The notes under the pieces: generated by a model
Told to the model about the DNA's origin: nothing
Seen by the model: the letters and a program-made list of their open reading frames with translations, nothing else
Database searches by the model: none
NCBI GenBank assembly: GCA_013813435.1
Contig: JACCRS010000052.1
Coordinates: 1-59,612 of the forward strand
Length of the DNA stretch: 59,612 nt
From: Gemmatimonadales bacterium
Lineage (GTDB): Bacteria > Gemmatimonadota > Gemmatimonadetes > Gemmatimonadales > GWC2-71-9
Reading direction: 5' to 3'
Part shown: positions 7,937 through 14,757 of the stretch, piece after piece
How the letters are laid out: every line of letters starts with the position of its first letter
How positions within the stretch are numbered: position 1 is the stretch's first letter
Position numbers and translations under genes: made by a program

Positions 7937-8024
7937 TAGCTATTAGCTGTTGGCTGTTAGCTGGGAGGTGTCAGCCAGGGGCTTTGGTTATGGTAATGGG
8001 AGTAGCTAATAGCCAATAGCTAGC
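7937..8024. repeat. AT-rich TAGC-repeat element forming a long imperfect hairpin
   Basis: TAGCTATTAGCTGTTGGCTGTTAGCT ... AGCTAATAGCCAATAGCTAG. The arms pair for 8 + about 10 bp around a 7-nt bulge, with an inner GGCTG/CAGCC stem. Lies just after the MocR stop. Confidence 0.5.
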
Positions 8025-8204
8025 CTGCGTTCTGCCGATCAGAATGTTTTTTGCCGCTAGCAGGACCCCTTGCCTGCTGTTGCTAACCCGGTAAGTGATT
8101 GCCACTTAAGCTAAGTCGCGCTGGCCAACATGCGGCCCGTTTTGTGCCTAACAATCAGCAGTCCCTTGGTAGTTCATTCTCCGCACCCCTAATCCCTGGC
8201 CGGC

Positions 8205-9758
8205 ATGAAGCGTCGCCTTATCCTCTGGACCATTCTCCTGGCCCTCGCCGGGTGCGCGCCCTCCATTCCCTCGGCCCCGGTTCTCCCGGCGACGTCAGCC
8301 GTGGCAGACCCGCTGCTGATGAACATCGAGGTGCCATCGACCGGGCACAACGCCGCTGCCGACGCCGCTCTAAACGCTCTATCCGACGCTGAGCCGGACT
8401 CGCGGTTAGTGCCGGAGTTCGGGGCTGACGAGATCAGCTGGGACATCGACGTGCGGACATTCGCTTCCCATCCGCGAGTGCAGTACTACCTCAATTATTT
8501 CCAGGGAGTCTCGCGCGCTGGAATGAAGGTGTTCCTGACTCGCGGCGCCCGATACGAGTCCATGATCCGACGGCGTCTTGAGGCCGAAGGACTTCCCGGC
8601 GATCTGGGCTACCTCGCGCTGATCGAGAGCGGCTACTCCAACGAGGCCGTGAGCCGCGCTCACGCAGTGGGCATGTGGCAGTTCATGCGGGGTACCGGCA
8701 AGGGATACGGTCTTCGCATAGACAGCTGGGTGGACGACCGCCGCGACCCGGTGAAGGCCACCGATGCGGCCGCCCGTCACCTGCGCCACCTCAGGGATCG
8801 GTTCGGCTCCCTGTATCTCGCCGCCGCGGCCTATAACGCCGGTGCCGGCAAAGTCTCGCGCAGCCTGGGCAAGCTCCAGTGGGAAAGTGCGGCTGACTCC
8901 GCAATCGAAAGCGACACTCTGATCCAGGCCGAAGTCTCTGACTCCCTGGCGGGCGACTCACTGGCAATTGAGGAGGATGCCGCGGCTGAGGCGGAGCCGG
9001 TTGATGACCTCGAGGCCGCCATCGATGCAGGTGAGATTACCAGCGATCATGCCTTCTTTCGGCTGGCCAGTACCCGGCTCCTGGCGGTCGAAACCCAGGA
9101 CTACGTCCCCAAACTGATAGCAGCCGCGGTAATCGCAAAGCAGCCCGAGCGCTTCGGGCTCACAGTCCCGGTGGCGGCTCCCTTCACCTATGACTCGCTC
9201 GTGGTCCACTCGACCACCGGGCTCGATGTTATAGCCCGGCTGGCTGAAGTCAGCGTTGCCGAGATCCGGGAGCTGAACCCGCAGTACCTCAGGCTGGCCA
9301 CCCCGCCCCGGGCCGAGTCTGTCATCCGGCTTCCCGCCGGTACCGGCCCGGAAGTGGCAGAGCGCTACGCCGATTTGCCGGCAAAGGCACGGGTGCAGTT
9401 CCTCTCTCACGTGGTACGCCGCGGGGAGAGCCTCGGCCGGATTGCGGCTCGCTATCACCTGCCGGCAAGCGAGATCCAGGCGGCGAACCCCAAGGCAAGA
9501 CCGTCGCGTCTGAAGGCCGGCAGCCGGCTGGTGATTCCCACCGTTGCAATCCCATCACCACTGGCCATGCGGGCGCTGGGTAAGGCTTCCCGCGGAGGCA
9601 ACCACGGAAGACTGGCGACTCATAAGGTGCGCTCGGGTGAAACGCTGACCGGGATCGCTCGGCGGTATCGGGTATCACTCAAGGCTCTTCGCCGGGCCAA
9701 CGCGATTCCAGTGCAATACACGCTCAAGGCCGGAAAACGGCTTCGCATTCCCAGCTGA
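8205..9758 (+). CDS. membrane-bound lytic murein transglycosylase (MltD-like) lipoprotein with LysM repeats
   Basis: Lipobox LLALAGC. SLT catalytic region (LALIESGYSNEAVSRAHAVGMWQFM, AAAYNAGAGKV). Two C-terminal LysM repeats (HVVRRGESLGRIAARY.., HKVRSGETLTGIARRY..). Confidence 0.9.
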   Translation: MKRRLILWTILLALAGCAPSIPSAPVLPATSAVADPLLMNIEVPSTGHNAAADAALNALSDAEPDSRLVPEFGADEISWDIDVRTFASHPRVQYYLNYFQGVSRAGMKVFLTRGARYESMIRRRLEAEGLPGDLGYLALIESGYSNEAVSRAHAVGMWQFMRGTGKGYGLRIDSWVDDRRDPVKATDAAARHLRHLRDRFGSLYLAAAAYNAGAGKVSRSLGKLQWESAADSAIESDTLIQAEVSDSLAGDSLAIEEDAAAEAEPVDDLEAAIDAGEITSDHAFFRLASTRLLAVETQDYVPKLIAAAVIAKQPERFGLTVPVAAPFTYDSLVVHSTTGLDVIARLAEVSVAEIRELNPQYLRLATPPRAESVIRLPAGTGPEVAERYADLPAKARVQFLSHVVRRGESLGRIAARYHLPASEIQAANPKARPSRLKAGSRLVIPTVAIPSPLAMRALGKASRGGNHGRLATHKVRSGETLTGIARRYRVSLKALRRANAIPVQYTLKAGKRLRIPS

Positions 9759-9790
9759 CCACACCTTCACCTTCAGTCTTTCGGACAACG

Positions 9791-9964
9791 ATGACCGCGT
9801 CTGCCGAGAAAAAGGAATTCGGTCGCACCGCAATGGCGATTCTGGTCACCATGCTGCTTCTCATAGTGGCTCTCACCGGAATTCTGGTGGAGACCACCTG
9901 GGGACATCCGGTAGGCGCTGTCGAAAAGCTGGCGCCGGAGCCTGGGAGCTTCGCCCGGCGTTGA
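9791..9964 (+). CDS. hypothetical 57-aa single-pass membrane mini-protein (not in ORF track)
   Basis: ATG 9791 gives MTASAEKKEFGRTAMAILVTMLLLIVALTGILVETTWGHPVGAVEKLAPEPGSFARR. Its TGA (9962-9964) overlaps the TTG start (9961) of the next gene. The competing minus-strand track ORF 9773..10042 looks like Arg/Pro-rich noise. Confidence 0.4.
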   Translation: MTASAEKKEFGRTAMAILVTMLLLIVALTGILVETTWGHPVGAVEKLAPEPGSFARR

Positions 9965-11034
9965 GAGGTTACACCCGTATCGCATTGCGGCTGGTAGCGG
10001 TGGTAGCCGCTGCCGGCAGTATGGGGTGCTCGACTCCGGCAAACTTCAAAGCGGCGGGTTACGCTCCGTACACAGAGCTGGACGACACGCTGCGGGTGAG
10101 GCTGGTTGAACGGCCCGCCCGCGCCCGCGAGGCTGGTCGCGCATTGGGCGCGGTCGTTTCAGGCTATCTCTCCTTCCGCGGGCTCCCGCCGGTTCAGGGT
10201 CAGTTCACCGTCACCGCCACCCGGCTGGTCTTTCGCACGGTCGATGGCTCGATCGCCCAGTTCCCTCTGGTCGGCCCGGTGCAGAAGGCTGCTGGGCGGA
10301 GGTGGCGGTCCTCCACCGTAGCCCTGGCGTATATCGATGAGGCAGGCGGACGGCCGACCTATGTATTCCGGGTAGATGCGGGCGTGTTCACTACTCAGGT
10401 ACCTGGGCCTCTGCTCGGAGTAGCGGCACACCCGGCCTGGCTCGACAGCCTGGCTCCCATCCGGCGGGTGGTTGACCAGCCTCTGGTGAGCCCCGGCGAT
10501 TCCAACGCACTCTGGACCACGGCCCGCGGTATTGTCGCTGGCACATACGCCGATTCGCTCTATAGCCTCTTTGGCCGTCCTGGAGCGCCGGTCGGCCTGA
10601 TCGGAGAACGGGGGCGGCGCGCCGGGCGGCTTGGTGAGTACATCCGAGGCCGCGACTCGCTCGCGCTCAATCCGGGAAGCATGACGGGTACGGCGCAGCT
10701 CCGTCACACTCTCGCGCATGAGATGGGTCACCGGTGGCAGTCGCGCGCTCCGGTCCAGGTTGCCACGCTGTGGTCGGGAGTAGCCCCGATTCGGGATCCG
10801 AAGCGGTACGGGTTCGGCGACGTCCTGGAGCACCAGGCGGAGGCAATCGCCTTTGGGCTCAACTTCCTACAGATCACCGCATCGGCAACCGAGCCCGCGG
10901 CAGCTTCCGTGAGTCTGCTGAACCACTACGAGTTGATGGTGCCGGGCACTCGAATGATAGTCCAATACCTCGCGCTTCAGCCAACCTATCGCCGACATCC
11001 GCTGCGAAGACTGTTGACGACGGGGCAGCCTTAA
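9961..11034 (+). CDS. putative zinc-metallopeptidase lipoprotein (HExxH)
   Basis: Lipobox VAAAGSMGC. Single HExxH (LAHEMGHRW) followed by the Glu-containing helix LEHQAEAIAF. No closer family recognised. Confidence 0.7.
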   Translation: MRGYTRIALRLVAVVAAAGSMGCSTPANFKAAGYAPYTELDDTLRVRLVERPARAREAGRALGAVVSGYLSFRGLPPVQGQFTVTATRLVFRTVDGSIAQFPLVGPVQKAAGRRWRSSTVALAYIDEAGGRPTYVFRVDAGVFTTQVPGPLLGVAAHPAWLDSLAPIRRVVDQPLVSPGDSNALWTTARGIVAGTYADSLYSLFGRPGAPVGLIGERGRRAGRLGEYIRGRDSLALNPGSMTGTAQLRHTLAHEMGHRWQSRAPVQVATLWSGVAPIRDPKRYGFGDVLEHQAEAIAFGLNFLQITASATEPAAASVSLLNHYELMVPGTRMIVQYLALQPTYRRHPLRRLLTTGQP

Positions 11035-11222
11035 AAACGGCAGCAGAAATTTTCCTCATCCTCTGAGGAACGCTGTCTTTCCCAACAACTGTGAGTCAAG
11101 CCGCGCCTGTGTGAGAGGTGGGGCCAGGCGCCTGTGCTGGAGAGCACGGCGTGGCGGAAGCGACAGTGCCACTATTTGGAGGGGAAGCTGCTGAAGTCGC
11201 AAAAAATGTTTAGGAGAATACC

Positions 11223-11363
11223 GTGACCGTCACGCTTCGGTGCCAGAACTGCGGATTCAGCTTTATCGTAACCTTCCCGGTAGCTTCACCGGCTGAGGTC
11301 AATGCCACCCCGGTGGTTTGCGGACACTGCCGTTCTACCCGGTGGTCCTCCCACTGCAGCTGA
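11223..11363 (+). CDS. 46-aa zinc-ribbon mini-protein (not in ORF track)
   Basis: GTG 11223 lies 6 nt after AGGAG. Encodes VTVTLRCQNCGFSFIVTFPVASPAEVNATPVVCGHCRSTRWSSHCS, with two CxxC pairs. TGA at 11361-11363, followed by a terminator-like hairpin. Confidence 0.5.
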   Translation: MTVTLRCQNCGFSFIVTFPVASPAEVNATPVVCGHCRSTRWSSHCS

Positions 11364-11405
11364 TCGCTAAGAACACCGTTCTACGGTTCCCGGCAGTGAG
11401 CCTGA

Positions 11406-11429
11406 AACCGGCTGTTGCTGGTTTTTGTT
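11406..11429 (+). terminator. intrinsic terminator candidate after the zinc-ribbon ORF
   Basis: AACCGGC-tgtt-GCTGGTT gives a 7-bp stem with one G-U pair, running into TTTTT. Confidence 0.45.
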
Positions 11430-11467
11430 GACGGGAGGTAGAGCGGCGAGGGACTGGCGTGATGCAG

Positions 11468-11539
11468 AGCCACTGGTCGGATTTGAACCGACGACCGCTC
11501 GATTACGAATCGAGAGCTCTACCCCTGAGCTACAGTGGC
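11468..11539 (-). tRNA. tRNA-Thr (anticodon CGU)
   Basis: 72 nt. Acceptor GCCACTG/CAGTGGC plus U, anticodon stem CTCGA/TCGAG with loop UUCGUAA, T-arm GTCGG-TTCAAAT-CCGAC. No encoded CCA. Confidence 0.9.
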
Positions 11540-11551
11540 GGGGACGTCGGA

Positions 11552-11633
11552 TGCCCTGGCGCGGATTCGAACCGCGACGCCTTTCGGCACTACCCCCTCA
11601 AGATAGCGTGTCTACCAGTTTCACCACCAGGGC
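11552..11633 (-). tRNA. tRNA-Leu (anticodon GAG), type II
   Basis: 82 nt. Acceptor GCCCTGG/CCAGGGC plus A, anticodon loop UUGAGGG, long variable arm GCC-GAAA-GGC, T-arm CGCGG-TTCGAAT-CCGCG. Lies 12 nt upstream of tRNA-Thr on the same strand. Confidence 0.9.
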
Positions 11634-11680
11634 GGGCGGCGGAGCAAGATAGCTTCTGCGGCTAAGCACTGACAAGCTCT

Positions 11681-13339
11681 TCAAGGCCTGTAGGGGCTGC
11701 CGGAGATTTCCTGCCCGTTGAGGGTGATAACCAGGCTCGGATTGGTCAGAACTATAACAAACGCGTCAGAGTAGGTACCGTCTCCGTTGTCCCGAGCTTC
11801 TCGCACTCCCTCGACACCCTCGATCCCTATCTGCACCAGCTCGCCACCTCTCCGGAGGAGGTTTCCTTCGCCGTCTCTAGTGGTAACGAGAATATTGATC
11901 TCGATGAAGAAAGCGCCGGCTCTGGTGATCTGCGCCGTGGTCGTGGCGGCCGAGGCCGGGCCGGGCGCGACCTGACTGACAAACGGGCTACTCGGTAGCT
12001 CGGTTCCGTTGACCTCCACGGTAATCTGGTCGGCACCGGTGACGGTGGGTGTATAGGTTGCCGAGTACGACCCACCACCCAGCTCTCGAACCGTTATGTC
12101 GCCCGAATTTGCTCCCTCGACTGAAACCGTGATCTCTTCGGCGGCACCCTCCAGCTCGGTGCCGAATTGGTCCTTGAGACGAATCGACACCGTGGTTGCC
12201 GTGCCGGCGGTGCCGTTCCCCACCGACGCGGAGCTTTGGCTCGCGGACGGAGGACCCGGATTTACCTCGATCACGTCCGATGTTGCAGCGGTGAATTCGC
12301 TGGCGGCAAAGAGAAGAGTGCGTTCGCCCGGGCGGCCGCGGATCGCCAAGTCGGTGAAGCTCACCCGCCCTTCGGCGTTGCTTCGGACCGTGGTGGTGCC
12401 CCCGAGCGAGCCCCCGCCCTCGGCGATTTGTACCGTAACTGCGACATTAGCGCGGGCGAGGGGAGCGCCCACTGCGTCCTGCAATTGAAGCTCGGGTTGC
12501 CGCTCGAACGGTACTCCGGCTGCAACCGACGACGATGCCTGAGTGACCAGCACGAGCTGCGGGCTCGGCAGGGGGACGCCAGTGGCCTCGAACAGCACCG
12601 GGGATCCTTCTAGAGCAGCAGCAGCCGCCGATGTACGGTAAATCCCGGGCCTAGCCCCCAAGGCGCGCTGCACCGCCGCGCGACCATCAGGGCCGGTGAC
12701 GACCGTGTCCGGCGTTACCTGTCCATCGGCCACTTCCCAAATGACCTCGATGCCGGCCACACCGTTTCCGAAGCGGTCCACGGCCGTAACCGAAAGTGAT
12801 TCGGGCAGGACGGTGAGCACCTCACCCACCTGCAGGTTACCGCCCGCCGCAACCAGCTGCACTGCAGCCTCGGGTTCGGCGGAGGCACTGAAGGTGGTGA
12901 TGAGTGACAGGGATGGCACCACGGGAGTGGCGCGAGCTTCGATGGTCTGCTCGCCCGATGCGGTTGCCAGAGTGTAGTGGACCGCGGCTTGGCCGTCAGG
13001 CCCGGTAACAACGGTGTCGTTCGGGGTCAGAGTGGCACCGGGCGGAGCAACGAACGTTACCTCGACGTTGTCCACCGGTCGATCCTCCAAGTCGGTCACT
13101 TTCACGACCAGAGAATCACGCAGAGGCTGCCCCACGATGCCGGTCTGGCCGTTGCCCCCTACTGCCGCGATCCGGGCCGCCTGCCCCGAACTGGGAAGGA
13201 GAAGCTCATCGCCACCGCAGGCCGCGAGGACCAGCAGGAGGGGTACGAGGACAGTTGGCCGCCACGGTGGGCGGCGGGACTCAGTCCTCGACCTCAAACT
13301 CGTTGCTTTCGACCGACGGCAACCCGTCGGCAGAGGCAC
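11681..13339 (-). CDS. Ig-like (Big_1/invasin-type) repeat lipoprotein with two C-terminal filamin-type repeats
   Basis: Lipobox LLLVLAACGG. Tandem units of about 90 aa such as GGNGQTGIVGQPLRDSLVVKVTDLEDRPVDNVEVTF..TGPDGQAAVHY. C-terminal filamin-like repeats (..GSYSATYTPTVTGADQITVEVNGTELPSSPF; ..GTYSDAFVIV..ITLNGQEISGSPY). Start uncertain: GTG 13339 or TTG 13297, both overlapping the upstream gene. Confidence 0.8.
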   Translation of the reverse strand: MPLPTGCRRSKATSLRSRTESRRPPWRPTVLVPLLLVLAACGGDELLLPSSGQAARIAAVGGNGQTGIVGQPLRDSLVVKVTDLEDRPVDNVEVTFVAPPGATLTPNDTVVTGPDGQAAVHYTLATASGEQTIEARATPVVPSLSLITTFSASAEPEAAVQLVAAGGNLQVGEVLTVLPESLSVTAVDRFGNGVAGIEVIWEVADGQVTPDTVVTGPDGRAAVQRALGARPGIYRTSAAAAALEGSPVLFEATGVPLPSPQLVLVTQASSSVAAGVPFERQPELQLQDAVGAPLARANVAVTVQIAEGGGSLGGTTTVRSNAEGRVSFTDLAIRGRPGERTLLFAASEFTAATSDVIEVNPGPPSASQSSASVGNGTAGTATTVSIRLKDQFGTELEGAAEEITVSVEGANSGDITVRELGGGSYSATYTPTVTGADQITVEVNGTELPSSPFVSQVAPGPASAATTTAQITRAGAFFIEINILVTTRDGEGNLLRRGGELVQIGIEGVEGVREARDNGDGTYSDAFVIVLTNPSLVITLNGQEISGSPYRP

Positions 13340-14615
13340 GCAGTCGATACTTACCTTCCTTGCTTATTTCAATGGTGAAGGTGGCCACCCCAGAACTGGT
13401 AGTCTTGGTAACCTCCCCCCGGACTTTATCGCGATCGTCGAGAAGCTCAAGCTTAATGTCCAACTCTCGATCAGTCACCACATCCCCCGACTGGTCGGTC
13501 ACTGCAACCTGGACGGAGGGAGACATCGTCTCATCTTCTTCGGTGTCGGACGGCTGCACCCGGAACTCCAGCCGAGCTGGCGCCGCACCACCGCCACCCC
13601 CTCCCCCACCGCTGGTTGCCGTCGCGGTGAACCCGACCACCCCGATTCCCGACGAGACTGCGTTCAAAGTGTTGCCTCCAGGACCACCGAGCGTCCAACG
13701 GGTCGAGGCTTGCCCGTTCTCATCCGTGATACTAGTGGGGGAACTCACGGTTCCACCACCGGTGGCCACCACCCAGGTCACAGCCCTATTGGGAACTCCG
13801 TTCCCGGCCTCGTCCACCAGCCGGACGACCAGGGGATTCGGTAGCTCGGCTCCGGCGGCGGCAGACTGATCGTCTCCCGATACCCGAATCAGAGTGCTGG
13901 GGCTCCCCGACAGGGCGGTCGCAGTGAAAGTCACCGGAGACCCGCTCAAATCGGAGCTGGATGCGGTTACCGTCTGAGCTCCCGCCGAGGCGCCCAAGGT
14001 CCAGAATGTCTGAGCCAGCCCATCCTCACCGGTGACTACCGAGACTGGATCGACACTGCCCGACTCGGCGTTCCAGGTTACCGGAATGCCCCCCACCGGG
14101 TTTCCGAAGCCGTCGGTGACCATGACGACCAGCGGGTTGGCGAGGCGACTGCCGACCCGAGCTGACTGTTCGTTGCCGGAAGCCACGGCAATCTTCTCGG
14201 CTTTGGCTGCGCCCACCGTCGCGCTGAATCTGACCTCCAGCGGCTCGGTGCCCCGCGCCACGCGGGCCACCACGCTTTGGGTGCCACGGGTGACGCCGAC
14301 AACCCAGAGGGCGCGAGCCGTTCCATCGGCCCGTGTTGTGGCGGTGTCGGGAGTTACTCGAGCGCCGGTCACCTCGGAGTCGAGCTCGAAAGTAACAGTG
14401 TGGCCCGCGACTGGGTCGCCCCGTTCATCGCTGACACTTACCTCCAGCGAGTCAGGCAGAGGAGAGCCGGCAGCACCGGATTGGTTCTCGCCACCGGTAA
14501 TGAGCAGTTCCGCCGGGGCCCCGTCACTCGGCAGGACGAGATCGCTACTGCCGCAACCGGTTAAGGCTGCGGCAGCAAAGGCGAAGCTACCAAGAAGAGA
14601 CGAGAGGCGGCTCAC
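13281..14615 (-). CDS. Ig-like (Big_1-type) repeat lipoprotein with Gly8 linker and acidic C-terminal beta-sandwich module
   Basis: GTG start with AAAGG upstream and lipobox AAALTGCGSS. Four Big_1-like units (GGENQSGAAGSPLPDSLEVSVSDERGDPVAGHTVTF..). Then TSGGGGGGGGAAP and an acidic domain ending ..GKYRLRASADGLPSVESNEFEVED. Confidence 0.85.
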   Translation of the reverse strand: MSRLSSLLGSFAFAAAALTGCGSSDLVLPSDGAPAELLITGGENQSGAAGSPLPDSLEVSVSDERGDPVAGHTVTFELDSEVTGARVTPDTATTRADGTARALWVVGVTRGTQSVVARVARGTEPLEVRFSATVGAAKAEKIAVASGNEQSARVGSRLANPLVVMVTDGFGNPVGGIPVTWNAESGSVDPVSVVTGEDGLAQTFWTLGASAGAQTVTASSSDLSGSPVTFTATALSGSPSTLIRVSGDDQSAAAGAELPNPLVVRLVDEAGNGVPNRAVTWVVATGGGTVSSPTSITDENGQASTRWTLGGPGGNTLNAVSSGIGVVGFTATATSGGGGGGGGAAPARLEFRVQPSDTEEDETMSPSVQVAVTDQSGDVVTDRELDIKLELLDDRDKVRGEVTKTTSSGVATFTIEISKEGKYRLRASADGLPSVESNEFEVED

Positions 14616-14630
14616 ACGAACCTTTGTTCA

Positions 14631-14659
14631 GGTAAAGTTAGGCGATACTGTACTTTACC
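14631..14659. promoter_or_regulatory. AT-rich perfect palindrome upstream of the 13281..14615 gene
   Basis: GGTAAAGT-N13-ACTTTACC, 16-44 nt upstream of the GTG start at 14615, inside the 142-nt intergenic gap. Confidence 0.35.
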
Positions 14660-14757
14660 GCGGAGCAGCCGCACCCGATATGAGGTGGATCACAGGGGAG
14701 CTGAAGAACGCTTCTGCACCCACCGAGACCTGATCTACGAAGGCATCGTCATCGGTG

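Noticed and set aside
11137-11226. A 30-codon GTG-initiated frame (VLESTAWRKRQCHYLEGKLLKSQKMFRRIP) whose TGA overlaps the GTG start of the zinc-ribbon ORF.
   Set aside because: There is no ribosome-binding site. It lies within hairpin-forming leader sequence and is too short and unremarkable to call. It is noted only because of the GTGA overlap.
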